DNA of 64,000 bases, from assembly GCA_051362555.1 (NCBI GenBank), contig CM120643.1:12188644-12252643 (forward strand), read 5' to 3'. This DNA is from Lingula anatina (taxonomy: Eukaryota > Animalia > Brachiopoda). Each line of letters opens with the position of its first letter. Position 1 is the stretch's first letter. This document shows, piece by piece, positions 25,241 to 40,519 of this stretch. The notes under the pieces were generated by a model that was given only the letters and a program-made list of their open reading frames with translations, was not told the DNA's origin and searched no databases. The position numbers and the translations under genes were made by a program.

Positions 25241-28200
25241 AGAACAGACTTATCCTTACTGCTGAAAACATGAGAACCCACAGGGAGGATAATGCCCAAT
25301 CTTAAACTTCAGAAAATACTACGTAAAACTGTCTTAAACCTCATCAGCAACTCTTAATCCCGAGCATTATACCTGGGAAATACAGAGTAAGAGGAGGTAA
25401 ACCCTGGCTCACAATCTACCTTGAAAAGATTACATTTAGCAAACACACTGGTTTTTCGATCAGATGCACATATCCTCACTTTACATATACACGTTTATCC
25501 AGCTCTAATCAATGACGACCAGTGCAAGTCCTCAGAAAGCAGTGCTGAGCATTGCAGTGATGCAATTTTGACTGCCATATTCACTATATATATATATACA
25601 TATACATACAACACAAACACCACTGCTTGCACCCATGTACCATTCACAAATCATTGGTGGACTCCTGGAAATAGCGTTGTTTATACTTAATGTTTTTAAA
25701 AACCAGGTAATAACTTGATGGACAAAATGACGACTGCATAATGCTAAAAATAACTAAACGATAATATTTGGGTATTTTTAAGAAACCAAGAGCTGTATCA
25801 GCATAAATCAATGACCATTTATATGGCGGCATGTCTGGCTGACCTTTCAACCTACCAAGTTTTTCCATTTATAAATCCCTTACAATAAAAATCAACATAC
25901 AAATGTACTTTACATGTATAACTACATACCTATCTTCGAAACTCCTCAAATTATGAGTATTTTGTACAGGCATGATCATTCTCTACATTTTGAAGGAAGG
26001 AAAACACTGTGCCCAACCCAAGTCAACATATTCTCACTGATACCAGCTGCCCTTATGTTGTGTCATCATAAATGCAGTTTAAGAAATGGCATCAATTTTT
26101 GGAACTTTACTGCTCTTATTTTTGTCACTCTATCATAGACTACTACCACATGTATATATCTGCCAAACACTGGAATATAATTTCCAAATACATTCAATTT
26201 TAAACGCCATATCACCCTTATTTCTCTTATCATACCGAATGAGAGAGTTTAAAATCAATGTTGGTTCATATGCAACAGCATTAAAATCTTTTCGTAGGCA
26301 CGACATACTGTTTAACATATACATACCACATTACCGAAGCTGCCCATTTTTTTGCCGCTGAACAACAGTTATTTCCTCACAAACACATGTGTTTATAAGT
26401 ATCAGATGAGCTCATTTAAAATCAATGGCTGCCTCATATACCTTGCTGTATTTTTAATTGTGGACAAGTATTGATTGGTGTGTACCTCTCAGGCTGCCAG
26501 CTTCCATGGAATAACACATACGATTTGTGACGTACAAACTTCCATGCTCTCACTGGGCTACGATGGTCTAGCTAAACATGCAAGACAGACTGTGGGTAGT
26601 TACCAACGCAACAGTCAGCATTTCGCTCATCAAAACAAATAGATTAACAAGTGCGGATTTCTGCATTGCATAATCAGCTAGCTTTCATCTTAACTATCGC
26701 TGTATGTAACATATATATATAACAGTGTAAAACTTTGTCCAACCAGTTAATTAACTGACTTTTGACACATTTTTTTACTTCACTAATATTTTAAGTGGTT
26801 TAAGTGGGCTGAACATACACAAAGTAACAATAATATGTACCTTCAGTTTGAAACTATTACAGATTCTTGAAACTCCCAACAACATGACATCACTAGTAAT
26901 TATCTGAGCATGATCATTGACTTTCTACATGTATTTCCTATCATGATTTTATAACACCAACCTTGATCAAAGCAATTAAAACCTAAATGCGCAGCAACCA
27001 TTCACAAACAACAAACTTGAACATGAAGTCCAAAGTAAAAAATACAGCAGCAGCAATTTCTCCTCACCTTTTCCAACTTACCTTAGTCTAAGGAGCACCA
27101 AGGGAGCCTCGCATCCACTTGATGCAACAGATAATTACCTTTTTCCAGAGAAATACCATGTAAATAACTGTGAGAACAGATAATGGCCTAGGTATTTTTC
27201 ACGCTGGAGTCCTAGGGACGCATTTAATGGCTGCCACTGGCGAAAAGGGATGGGCGCTTTTCAGGACAATGGAATCTTTTGGGATTCCAGAATAGACGTA
27301 TTTCACCCACATAAAAATAAATTGATCTTGTAGGTTCAATAACATACAGCAACTTGATTGTTGTCTATTAGTATGAAAATTTTACTATTTTTATAAATAA
27401 ACTTTTATATTTAATTTACTATCCATTTCTGTTGTTGTTCTTGGTACATTGTACCTTAGGAACTTAAAATACTATTTTAATCTTTATAATATAAATTATT
27501 TCACTGTAACAAAACTATTAATTGATATTTATGGAACTGGCTCTTTTATTCTGTGACAAATCATTGCATTTATGATTGTATGTGTCTTTTAATGTGAAAA
27601 ATCAGATAACTTATCATTTTTCAGAAATCAAACCAGATATCCTTAAAATATCTAATATCAAAATATTCACAGAGAAGTCATTTTAATGACATTGTAATGT
27701 AATATAACAGAGCACAAAGAAAATGTGGAATGGATGACATATGCACATATATGTATGAACATTTTCAGTAAACCTGAATAGTAATGAAAAACAAGAAATC
27801 CATGGTACCATTAGTTGAATAATCAACACAAATTATTAATAAATTTTTAGATTAATTCGTCCACTTCTTTAAAATGTAAAACGCAATTTTGCCTGACCAA
27901 TACAAACAGATTAAAAATGCATCAATTCAAATATCAAAATTCCAAATACTGCTGACTACAGTTTCCAAGTAAAAAGCACTTGAATCTATATAATTATATT
28001 CAGACTGACCAGAAAAACAGACATTAACTCTACACGTAAAGAGAAAATTAATTCATCAAAAGTGTAATACCCCAGCAAAATAACTTCTTTTGCTGAATTG
28101 AAAAAAAAAAAAAAAAAAAACAAACAAACAAAAAGCATTATGTACAACCTATAGCAAATCATTTAAATACCATTATGAATAATTTACTACTTGAAATATT

Positions 28201-28282
28201 GAAACAAAGAAAAAAAAAAACATTGGGGGAGGGCCACTTTACTACTCCAGTCCTCTCATCAATCACAATTTACAAATTTTAC

Positions 28283-28395
28283 CTTAAACAAAAGGCTGTA
28301 AAGTGGAAGATTCCAAAGGTGAGTCTTGCCGTATAGATTGCTTTAACAATCTGATTTCCTCCGTCCAAGGTGAAGTGCATAAGAGGCCGTTGCAT
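28283..28395 (-). CDS. Candidate alternative first coding exon MQRPLMHFTLDGGNQIVKAIYTARLTFGIFHFTAFCL (phase 2)
   Basis: ATG at 28395, 37 open codons plus 2 nt to donor TAAG|GTAAAA. Lies in a CpG-rich patch (28325-28610). Confidence 0.3.
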
Positions 28396-31300
28396 CGGTC
28401 ACAGGAAGTTCACGTGGACTGTCTGCTTCAGCAGTACCCAGAGGCCTTCTGTTGGGTTTCGAACACCGTACCTGAGAATTGTTTCTGAGGAGGTTCACAC
28501 CTGACGCAGGTGTCACATTTCTTAGAATTAATTTTCTTTTGTCTCTCCTGGCATCTCTAATGAGACCGATATACCGTATGTATATATATAAACCTGTGAA
28601 CGTAATCCTACTGGTATGAACCATGGCTACCAGTCTGAGTTCACACTCTCACTAGCACAATTATTTTTCACGATGACAAAAGTGTCATAGAATATAAAAA
28701 AAGATTCAAACTTATGTTAACTGAAAGAGGATTTGATAGCACCACTGAATAAATAAATTAACTAAATAACTTACATTTATTCTTTTAGTACCTGCACTCC
28801 TTTCAAAAAAAAAAAATAAATAACCAAAATAAATAAAAAATAGATAATTAAATGAAAAGGCATTGAATTTCACTTTTTGCCAATGGTTTTAACTAATTAT
28901 AGAAAATTTTAATTGCACTTCACCTGAAGTTTTGGAACTAAACTACATTGGGTAAAATAGAGGTAATAAGTTTTAATCTGGGTTAAAAAAAGGCTGGACA
29001 AAAATGCTGTGGTGTGTCATGTTGCCATACAACACTGATCAAAATATTTTTATATTCTTCATTTTCGCAAGTGCCATAAATAAGATCACTGTTAAACTGC
29101 TGTTTGTAATACAGAAAATTCTTCATTAAAAGCTCAATCTTCAGGAGAGAGAGAACCTATTGCCACGGAGAACCGGTCTATTTTTAAACTTGTCTGAGCA
29201 CACCTGGACTGTTCTGGTATTATATATTATGTATTATGGCCACTACTCCGGGTGCCTCAGTATTCATAATTACTTCGTTATCCTGCTATTAGCAAAGATG
29301 TGTCATCATCACGTGCTTGTAACCGTGCCAAATATTTGGCATGATGGTAGTAGTTCTAGGAAGTGTCAACAAATGCCACGGGATACAATTTATGCCACTT
29401 TGTCATTTTTCTAAAAGAACTTCTTTTCTTTTGCTGCCACGGGATCATAAGATTCATAAATAATCTTGACTTATACATGTAGCTTTTAACTAACTTTTTG
29501 CCTTGTTAATTTTCAATAAAGAAATTCCCGCCATTTTATTACAGCATGGTCTTTTACTAATAATCATCTTTTCCGCTGGATATCATCAAACATAAACATG
29601 TGAATCATGCACGCTATTTTATATGTATCCTATTACATAATTAATGAGTAACTTATGTTAAAGAAAAATATGATAATTTATCTCATATCTTTTTTTTTTC
29701 TCACATAATACATGAAAATTGACAATAACCTTTGGACACTGGTAAACCTTGATATATAATTTCCAGTAAATGCTGCATCTACACATATGGTTTATTACTT
29801 CGCCTAAATATTAGAAAGACAAAGAGACGTTCAGGAAACTTCTTGGTTCACTTCTAGCACATTAATTTTTGTCAATTATGCCAAACATATTATAATATAC
29901 ACTTACAAAAAGTACAGCATCTAAATATTTTTCCCTTTTCTTTTAAGTCTTACATTTTGATATGGTTTAAATCACCCAGCTGCTTTGGAAAACAATTCTT
30001 AGTGCTAGTCAAGAATTTGTAGTAAAAAGAACACTAAAATGTGCTGATATTCAAATAGCCAGTAAATGACAAAATGATCACCAAATGATCAAACTAAGTT
30101 ATTTTATCTTCAGAAAAAAAAAAACTTGACCACTCTTATTTTGATATAACACCGAGCTTCTGAAACATGCCTTATTCTGAAGCCTTTATGTGACAGAGAG
30201 CCACTACTGGATTTATGTAAAAACGGCATTTCAGTCGGCCATCTTTAACCTGACCCTTGCTCGTTACATAATTAGCCGGGTGTATCATGCTACTGGAGAA
30301 TTCTCTTTACAACCAATCCACCTGGTAAAACCTAATGTGCAACGACACTTAAAAAGTGCAAACTTATTAAGCCGGGATGAAAAGGTTGGCCTTAATACCA
30401 CAGGGTTACCTAGTACACTGAGCTGATGTTTTTTCTACATTTTTTAACCAGTATGTTTTTTCTCCTTTTTTTCACCAGTAACTTTGAAAGCCAGGTAGTG
30501 TTATGGAATAAAGAATACAGAACATTATTATTACTTCTCATCAGCACACAAGGAAAAAAAATGGGTCATATCTGACCAACAGACTGTCAAAGTTCTTTCC
30601 AAGGCAGAGGGGCACAACCATTGGCTAAGCCCAAATTTGTGCCTCTTTCCAATAAAATCTATTCTAAAAAAACTACCAAATGTACCCATGCAGGCAGTGC
30701 AGTGAACAGACTCCATGTCAAATGTTTACCTGGAGAGCTATAGATCGATCTGTTTATTTTTCTTTACGTCAGATTCTAAGAAATTATTCGACATTCGGTT
30801 TACTATAGAGCCTGCATTTCATTAATTAATAATGTTCGAGTATGATTAATTTTTTGCCGACAATGTAGGTATATTTAAAGTTGCATTTTGGTGTTAATCT
30901 TTAATCTATGAAATCTAGCAATGTAGTAGTCTGTACTTGATGATATTACTAATAACCTGACTTGACCTGATTCTGCAGGCATTTCACTAAACATGTAGAT
31001 ATGTTAATAAAAACATCACTCTAAACTCTTACAAAGCTTTCTTTATCATGATGGATATATTCCGATCTTCAAAGGTTTCAGAGTCACAAATTCAAATTTG
31101 CCAAAACACCTCAAAATTTGTTTCAATCCCTCTGCTTCATTTTCTAAGATTCATTCGTGCTTAACATAATTTCCCCTGATGTTGCATGCATTCCAATGCA
31201 ACAAATCTCAATTTCAGTTTTTAAAAAATCTCCCCAGTTGCCCTGGGTATATCACAAACTCATAGATGGTCTATAGATCACGAGAGGTAGCCAGGTTATG

Positions 31301-31458
31301 TACTGTCTGGGCCACAGCTAAAAATATCGCAAATATATAGACCTAATAGATAAGAGCTTACACCTTCCAACACATCCAGATTGATTAGCATGCAGACAGT
31401 ACTGTATACCTGCAACATTAATATCATCTTACCTGAAGGACCTCAGATACATTCTGCC

Positions 31459-31464
<6 letters not shown>

Positions 31465-31536
<72 letters not shown>
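31465..31536. repeat. (AT)n microsatellite
   Basis: Directly visible. Confidence 0.95.
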
Positions 31537-31538
<2 letters not shown>

Positions 31539-31923
31539 GAAATAAAATAATTTTCACCTATATATACACCCAGGTGACATATTAGCACATGCACAGCTTA
31601 TTAAGAAGAAGGTTAAATAAACAAAGCTTTTTGTATTCTATAATTGACTATTGTTTTATTTAGTTACATATATATATATTATCAAATGAAATGATCGAGG
31701 CAGAGTGGGGATAAAACACGTCTCTGTATCATTAAAAGTGCATGTTTGTGCATAAGTGTGGGAGTGCAACCTCCTATCTTAGCATACTTGTTCATTATCA
31801 TAAGTCTCCACAGGAATATCACAGGTAATAGCACAGGTAATACCTCAGGTAATATCATATAGGTATTAGATAGGACTCTCTGACGGTCTCCTTGCAATCC
31901 TTAGGTAAAGTACCTGTACGTAA

Positions 31924-32102
31924 AGGCCCATTCCCAATGTAAATATCCTTTTACCAGATCGATCCAACTCCGTGGGGGCTCTCGCTAAATGCAATCAGAT
32001 TACCATGCCTCCACCTGGCATTAAGTAAAATACAGTAAAGAAAGTGAGTATATGAGTACATTAGAAACAATGTAAAATTAAAGTTTCATTGAGAATGGGC
32101 CC
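31924..32102. mobile_element. MITE, PIF/Harbinger-like
   Basis: TIR AGGCCCATTCCCAATG / CATTGAGAATGGGCCC with TAA on the left. Internal TGCAATCAGATTA...CCTCC.CCTGGCA...GTA.AATACAG shared with 35803-36003. Confidence 0.75.
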
Positions 32103-32795
32103 AAACAAATTAATGTGGATTTGGACCAAGTCTGCTTATACCAATAAAGTATTTTTCACTGTACCCATGTTAAATTGGTGAATAAATTACTCACCCCCCC
32201 CCCCCCCCCCACCACCACCACCACCACCACCACCAAACTCCCACGATTATTTATCCAAACTTAATCAACCTAGCAAGTTTTTTGGCACTTATTTGATGGG
32301 CAAGCCTCAACTTCAGGGATGCAATTTCAACTACTATATTTGTCAACAGTACAAGCATATCTACAGTAGAAGTAACTTACTTCAAAACAATATGCCATAC
32401 TTCAAGACTGTTATACAGCACACCTCTTATTAGTGGGCTGGAGCACATGTTAAGACAGTCCACTCACTCAATGATAAAAGGGACCCCTTGCACCAAATTA
32501 CTCTGCCCGAGTTCGGTCAATTTTCACCAAAAAACCTTTTCAGTCTTAGTAACTTAAGGAAGAAGACATGCTTTAACCTACACCTCCTCCCACTAAAAAA
32601 AATTGCCCAGTAGTCTTTGTGTTAACTGCTGATTCAGGTCCTAGTTAGTATGAGACAAGACTGTTTGCGTGGTAGGGGGCAACACTTAAACTCCTCCTTT
32701 TTGAAGTGAGAGCTGAAACAGTTTAAGTTCAAAGCATTCGGAATGTGATTAGGTAGCCCTATGTTGTAAATCCCAAGTATTACTAGCAGAAGGAG

Positions 32796-32797
<2 letters not shown>

Positions 32798-32856
<59 letters not shown>
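32798..32856. repeat. (GT)n microsatellite
   Basis: Directly visible. Confidence 0.95.
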
Positions 32857-32858
<2 letters not shown>

Positions 32859-33639
32859 CACGCACGCATATGTGTGCTGGCTTATCAGCACCAGCCCAGA
32901 AAAACTCAAGTCATTTAATGATACGGTAACCTCCATGACTGGTGACTGCAGGGTGTGCCGCAAGCGCTCACAATATTAAGTGCCATACACACACACACAT
33001 ACACGCACACAGAAGCACTCAAACGTGCACGCATACAAACACACATACACAACTAAGGTGGGCTAGTCTGAGATGTCCTGACCATCCCTGAGCTGTTTTC
33101 AAACAACAACTAAAACTTGTAGGTCTTTGCTTGTTTAGAAGTAAGTGAATTTGTCAATACCTGTTTCACATATATTAATATTTTTACAATTTCATCAATC
33201 ATTATGATGCAAAAAATAAAATATTATTAATCTCAAAGATCCAACAAGCAGATTTTTCATAAAACACATCACCAATGATGAATACAACAGTATTAAAAGT
33301 CCTTCCATTGTTCCTCCCTCAGAAACATAACCAAATTAATTTTTCGCCATCTAAAAAACCTAAGTCTACAACCAAATGATCCAAACTACTACCATTAAAG
33401 GTAACACCATTAAAGGTACACCAGCGTTTTCTACCATCAAAATATATTATATTATATTTAACCTTTGTAAAAAAAATATGTATGCTCAAAGCCCAGTATT
33501 ACTGAACAGAATAGAGGTCAATAGCTAATAATTAAGCCTGTAAAAGGCCCCAGAAGCCTTTGCCTTTGAACAATCCAACCAGACCAAAGTCAGTGTTTAT
33601 AACAACAAAGCCAACTTGGCTTATAATTTATGAACTCAC

Positions 33640-33746
33640 CACAGGATGAGGCACGTGCTCGCACTGTTCGCAGTCACACTTTCAACAAGCAGCGTTGTAA
33701 TCCATCCCCATACGGTCGCACCTGCACGTACTAAGGCCAATGACAT
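33640..33746 (-). CDS. Candidate alternative first coding exon MSLALVRAGATVWGWITTLLVESVTANSASTCLIL (phase 2)
   Basis: ATG at 33746, open to donor GTG|GTGAGT at 33640/33639. Isolated CpG-rich patch. Confidence 0.33.
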
Positions 33747-35417
33747 TTACAAATTAAAGGATTGGGTTTCTGTATCATAAAAAAATCTATGCAATCAGCA
33801 AGCCAGTGTCACTCAGTGCTTTTATGCAGTGTCATCAACATTGACATGGTGTCCAAATCCCCAAAGACATTTCAGCTCTTCTGGTGTTAACGTACTGTTT
33901 TATTCTGTGACCAATACAAAAAGTTTTTATTCTATTTCTTACAAACCAAAGGACCAATTTGCTGGCTTAAGTAGAGCCAACAAGAGCCAACATCATTTAT
34001 ATTTTTAACGTATAAATTTTGATAGATGATCTGAAAGAAGATGAACTACTGGTTTTAATCTGTTGTTTTTTATTCATTTCACCTGGCCTAAAAAAGGCAT
34101 GTGATCCTTAATCCTCTTATAAACCACTGTTCTATGTATAAAAATGAACAAATGTGTAAGACAACGAAAAAGATAATCCAAACTTCTGTCAAAGTTCATC
34201 ATTTTTAGCTTTTCACCTTGCAGACTCTGAAGGGGGCAGGTCTGAAAAAAGTCTACGCTTTGTAGACTTGTGAAAATAATGATAAAAATGGATGACCCTT
34301 AAGACCATAAAGCATGCCATGACAAATACTATGATAACTGAACTGTGAGAATTTTAAAGCATCTGGATATTATTAATAGTGTTTCCAGCCGATCTATTAG
34401 TTTGAGTTACCACATGGCAAATGCATTCATCAGTGCCAGGCAGCTATTTGTAAATAGCCGCCATTTTAAATAAAAGATATATATATGCGAAGAAGTAGAA
34501 TTAAGTAAACCATGTAAAAAAAGGGACTTCGTCTGTTAATTTATTAGCAAGATGGAAGGGGAGAGAGTGTGAATGGCGTTGATGCTAATACGCTGAAAGA
34601 TGAATTATTCCTAAGCAGCTCAGAAATACTGCATCCTTTCACATTGGAAAATGTCAACTCATCGAAACAATATTTACAGCAACATTTTGTATCTATGTTA
34701 TCAATCTTCTAAATTAAAATAAGGAAACAGTCACTGAACAGCTGTTGCTTCTACTTTTACTAAACCATCAGGTATGTCCAACTCTTTTAAGTTCTAAAAA
34801 TATGTCTACGTATTGTTCTGGATGATACAACTTCAGGAATGTCTAACCTTATGTAGTTCTAAAAATAAGTCGACATATTGTTTATGGTGTCCTCAAATAT
34901 AGTGAACACACAAAAGTACACTGTCAAGGGCAAAAAATGTGCATGACATGATGAGATGTTGACTCTCGTCCACAGGACTTGGAATAGTTGTACAGCTAGA
35001 GAACATGACGAATACAACACGCTTGGTTCCACTACAGGGTCTAAATGCACTCTTACTATCCAGCGCTGTCAACTGGCGCCACAAACACACACACGCACAT
35101 GTTAATAATGCATGCAAAAAACACATTAGCAGCTATGAGTTTCATTCATAAATTATTCTTCAAGCGATTATTTTTGAAAATGCTACATTTAGTAATTTTA
35201 ATAATGTATTGAGCAATGTTGTGCAGGTTAAAAACTGCAATGTTAGTGTACTGAGTATACATGTTTCTAAATCACACATGCAAATTTATTACTATCCAAA
35301 ATATATTACATAAAATGAGTTTTGGGAGCCCCTATGAATTGCGAACAGATATCAATGACAAATTATGATGATAAGCAACACTGCCCTTATGAGGAGTACA
35401 TCTAAATAATGTACATA

Positions 35418-35586
35418 CAGGGGCGGATTTAGGCCGTCTTCTGGGTCTTCTAGAAGACGGTCAGATTTTCAAGTTTACATTGTCAGCCATCTAATGTTTT
35501 CTGTCAGAAGACGGTCAAAAATTGGAAGGTGGATCAACGAAGATAATTTGGAAGACTGTCAGAAAATATCTCTGGATCCGCCCCTG
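35418..35586. mobile_element. 169-bp MITE with 5-bp TSD, hAT-like (copy 1)
   Basis: TIR CAGGGGCGGAT / ATCCGCCCCTG, flanked by ACATA on both sides. Repeated internal GAAGAC(G/T)GTCA. A second copy is at 63068-63236. Confidence 0.9.
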
Positions 35587-35802
35587 ACATATGTATCTAA
35601 TAATGTTGGAAGGTAGAAAAGACAGAGATGCATAGCACATACTATATGAACTTCCATATGTTCATGTGTATAAGTACATACATGCTTACCTACATACATA
35701 AATACATACAAATACAGTATGTGCTATATCTTATCTGATTGGCCTGTTACAATGTTCCTAGTCCCTGTAACCCCAGCAGAACAGTTACTGGTCAGGGATT
35801 AA

Positions 35803-36003
35803 GGGCTCATTCCCAATAAAACATTTGTTCTACTTAGATGGATCTCACTGAGTGCAATCAGATTAAAAGATTAACTGGCCTCCTCCTGGCACAGAGTAGA
35901 ATACAGAAAATCTGGTGATTATAGGAGTTTTTTAGAAACAAGAGGAGTCCCTGCAGAGTGGGATCGATTTACACAGAACGATATATTCATTGGGAATGGG
36001 CCC
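35803..36003. mobile_element. MITE, PIF/Harbinger-like, same family as 31924-32102
   Basis: TIR GGGCTCATTCCCAAT / ATTGGGAATGGGCCC. TAA on the left and TAT on the right. Shared internal sequence. Confidence 0.75.
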
Positions 36004-36692
36004 TATGACTGCACTTATTACTAGACAAAATTAACACTCGTGTGGCAACTTTAATAAATCAGCTTACATATTTTCCATACACTTATACTATTATACAAGT
36101 AAATATATATGAGTAATTATATACACATGCATGCATACAAGCATGCATGCACATGAGCAGCGACGAATCTCATTTTGTTTTATAATAAGCTCTTTAATAT
36201 GCTCTTTACTTTGGCTGAAGAAAAAAATTAAATATCCTGTAATTCTTTATAAGGGTTTTACCATATTCAGTTTAGATAATTGATTTTACAAGCATTCCCA
36301 ATTGCTAAGGTAAAACAAATTTTATTTTTCTGCAAGGCCAGCTACTATATACTTATTCAGTAAATTATCCATAGTCAGGGCCCTCTTGTTGTATTTGGAC
36401 CTAGACATGGATGGTACAATGCAGTAAATCTGACAAATTTAGACACCGTTGTAATAAGCCACAGTTATCCACAATACAGGCCTTTTGAATTAAGTACTCA
36501 AACCACGACATGAATGATGGAACATCGTAAAAATCATCCATTTAGCATGGCCTGAATATCATACAGAAGTGCCCTCTCCAGTCCTGTCCTATTAAAATGC
36601 TGCAGAACACTATCAATAAGTCATTGTGGTAAAATCAATGAGTTGAGTATAGCAGGATTTGACTGAGTGGGAGAGAAATGGACAGCAGTAGG

Positions 36693-36694
<2 letters not shown>

Positions 36695-36772
<78 letters not shown>

Positions 36773-36797
36773 GTGCATGTGTGTGTGTGTGTGTGTG
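36695..36797. repeat. (GT)n(GA)n(GT)n compound microsatellite
   Basis: Directly visible. Confidence 0.95.
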
Positions 36798-36854
36798 CTT
36801 GTGGGTGAACTAGCACGTGATAGAAAAGAGAAAAAAGAGTGCACACACCTGCAA

Positions 36855-36887
<33 letters not shown>

Positions 36888-38600
36888 GGAGAGGGAGTAA
36901 GGTAACAATTACTTCAAATACTCCAGTATCACATGAATCAAGAAATGAAGTAAATATGCATCCAAATGTGTCATAGGTAAATTATGCACCTCCCTTCTTG
37001 CTACAACCAGTATCTACCAATGCACTTTGAAATAAATGATGATCCTAATAATTTTAAGAACATGTTCAACATCTCTTACCTGAAGAATTTATACCTTATC
37101 CCAGAAATGAATACATTTGCATAATGACAATAATGTCATAAAGAAACAAACAAATTGTTAATAAATGCACTCCCTGAATTTGAAATATCACTGGGATAGA
37201 AGAGTGGGAGGTGTTAGCACATGTTCAAATCCATAGAAAATCTATATTCTTAAGAGGAAGTAGATAAAATATACATATATAAAAAGCCTGGGTGATAATT
37301 TAATCACAAAATCCGGCCTCCAGTGTAATTCATGATGCATAACACTTAAAAAAAAATTGCCAAAAGCAGGCCCCAAAATCTCTCCAGTCCTTTACTGTTG
37401 AGTGGGCAGATTGTATACATTTCCTGGTCATTAAGTTCTCTTACATAACAGTAATCTGGTACTCCACAGCCTCTGAATGTTGGCCTACTAGTACCCTTCC
37501 CGTACTCATCCAGACAGATGGATTAATGCTAAGGTAGCAGTCAATCAAATGGGTCTCCTAGCAACCTGATACATCACTCTGCATATACAGTTCTTAGAGT
37601 CTTGTTCAGGAGTCTGTCAACCCTCTGGAGCCAGGGTGTAAAGCACACAAAAAGGTACCTCTACTGTAATTCTTCTATCTTAATAATCAATTTAAACAAA
37701 CCACTATTTTCATCATTTCTTTCAACACAAATTGTACAGGAAAAATTCTCAAAACACAACACAATCCGAAGGCCAAAATATTCAACTGAAATAACATGTA
37801 TTCTACTTATATCTGAAGACCAATTTTCCTTTGTTTTTTAGGTATTTTTTTCACTGTTAATAACATAATTACAATAGATCTCCACATGTTGAGAACGCCG
37901 TTATTGACAGCCCTATTTATGGTCCAGAAGACATTCCACTAAAATCAATCATAATGTACTAATATAGCAATCAATCAAATATTCTTCCAACCACATATTA
38001 CATAAAACAGGATATACTATTTTTTTTTCTTCCTTTTGTTTCTGTATATCACACACCCACAATGACAATATTTATTTTCTTTTTACCCTCTTCTTACTTT
38101 TATGCAATTTTATTCTGTTTTTGCTCCTAATATAGGTCAGTCTCACTAAAGTGGTCACTTTATATCATAGATCTATATGAATTTGGTATTTAAGAAAAAA
38201 GTAGGAAGAAACAACTCAATGACCCTTTTTTTTTTTTTCTTTTTTTGTTCAGAAAACCATATACTTGGTATCAATAATGGCCATATTGGGTAAATATCAA
38301 GAAAAAAAAAAAACTGTGACATATTATTTTTTTGCAAATCATTTTTCATTTCAATAATATTATTTTTAAATTGTTCAAGGTATCACAATTTGCCTTCATC
38401 TGTCCCTTGAATATGAGAGAGACGTGCCAGGGGGGCAGGGAGATTGGGGGGGGTGGGGGGGGGGCAGGAGTCCATGTTGAGGGTGTGTTGCCCATATGGA
38501 GACCATATCACATATATACATCAGTCTATTACAGTAACCATACATTTGGTGCTACTAACCCACATATACCACCAACCTGGTACTCCAGGAGATAACCTGC

Positions 38601-38614
38601 ATTGCCATGGCAAC
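38601..38614. promoter_or_regulatory. RFX X-box (1 mismatch)
   Basis: ATTGCCATGGCAAC. Confidence 0.45.
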
Positions 38615-39175
38615 AGTACATACATTTTGTACGCAAAAGCACACATATATTATATGAAAAAAGAGCGATGTTTCTCTATGGGTGCAAAAGTATATGGAGG
38701 AAACTGATTTCCCTGTGGCGATTGGAGGTAAAGTGGGATCTATTTGTTTTCCTAAAATACAAGACTTCCTGAAGAGTTATGACTGAAACTCGGACTTTAT
38801 AAGTCACCCTGAATTTTAATTTTGGTTGTGTGGACTCAGGACAAATATGCATGCAAATGAAATAAATAAATAAATAAATAAAATTAGGAATGTTCACTTT
38901 TATACAGGGAGAATTTTACGAAAAAGGAAGTTGGCATATACTTTCAAAGATTATTGTCAAGTAATTGATCATGTACACAAAAAGTAATTTTGCCCACATT
39001 CCAGAAATATGACATATCAATAAAGGCTGACATTTGGCTTCCCGAGCTGGCTCTGAATATGTAAGGGTTATGATCAATGTGACGGCTGTTTGGCCACATT
39101 CACATTGGTTCCATACTTAAACCATTACCAATTTATACACGCCATATATTCGCAATAATTCCACAAGACAGTCTG

Positions 39176-39320
39176 CAGGCCCATAGCCTACGATTTCGGG
39201 GGGGGGGGGGGGGGGGGGGGGGACTGAAAACCTCTTACCATGATAATTTTGCCCAGAGCAGACCTTTTCCAAGCAAAAACAGCGTTCCTTTGAACTTCCG
39301 AAACACCCCTCCATGACAAC
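39176..39320. mobile_element. Probable terminus of a hAT-like non-autonomous element
   Basis: CAGGCCCATAGCC...GATTTC followed by poly-G is a typical MITE end. The matching opposite TIR was not found, so the right boundary is unknown. Confidence 0.3.
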
Positions 39321-40505
39321 AGCTTGGTCCGTAAAAAAGTTCAGAAGGGCTTCTCTCTGCAGACGAACTTCCTGAGTTTAATCTGGTCCATCTAAAACTG
39401 CTGTATCTTAAAACCAGTCTAAAGACAGCTAAACACACCTCCTGACTGTGACACACTTTGAAGGTATCCGGAACATCTGACCTGGTGGATCTGTTTGTCT
39501 GTAGCAAACCTGCCATTAGGTCTGTGACCCTTCCAACTAATTTCCTTATGTAGGAACCACAACACTAAAATAGTGCGACTATACTGCTGCGAAATAGGGA
39601 TGGTGTCCGTTTGACACTTCTGCAACATTTCTAAGGTTTAAAACTTTACTGCAAATTACACTAAAATTTTAAAATGAGAAATTAAGATCCACAATTGACA
39701 CCTATTACTTGACTTCTGAGATACCCCTATTCTTTAATTAAAAATAACCTTTCAAAAATACTAAATAACCAAAGAAAAAAGAATATAGCACTTAAATAAT
39801 CCAAAAATTGAATCCTTTTTTCTTTTTTACTTTGCGATCGAAAAAAATCCCTGTTTCCATAATGCTATCAAGTTAAAGCATTTCAACTAATAATAGGCTG
39901 TCCTTAATTTATTAACAAAATTTTATAAAAACAGTTTTTAACCTGACCAAATGCTGTAAGATAATGGCCCTGGAACATTGTAAAAAATATTTATGAGATC
40001 AGAAAAGAATAAAGAATAAAGGAGTAATTTTCTCAAATCATCTGAAATCAACCCCCAATATTTTAAAACTGAAACCTGTACCCGTCTTTCTATAGGCAGT
40101 GGTGGTGGTGGTGAGGAGGAGGGGGGGGGGCATATCTTATGCATAGAGGCTATACAAACTATGCATATGGATATATATACATGTAGATATATAGCACCAT
40201 TCCCTAAAGAAGACACTCTAGACAGAAGCTGGAATACTGGAGGTAAAACAAATTCAATGTCAGCTGTTGATTTTAAAAAATCACTTTTTTATTTTCATGA
40301 GCTTGTACCTCAATATTTACCAATATTTACACATGTTGCCTCGAAATCATCTATCCCAGAAAACCCTGTCTTTACATCCATCTTATCTCCTGGTACCAGT
40401 TAAAATGGCTACAGAAAACTATAATTTTTTTGCCAAGGAGATAAGAAGAGGCACCTCACAAGACAAAGCCTCTTCAAAGACCACGCCACTAAATATTTAA
40501 GACAT

Positions 40506-40519
40506 GTTGCCATGGTAAC
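40506..40519. promoter_or_regulatory. RFX X-box
   Basis: GTTGCCATGGTAAC, canonical. Confidence 0.55.

Noticed and set aside
27082-27167. Exon-like segment with AAG|GTAAGT donor
   Set aside because: Stops in all three frames. At most a non-coding exon, with no other support.
28343-28624. 93-aa minus-strand ORF (…DARRDKRKLILRNV…)
   Set aside because: No recognisable domain and no donor in that frame. Openness is explained by locally higher GC.
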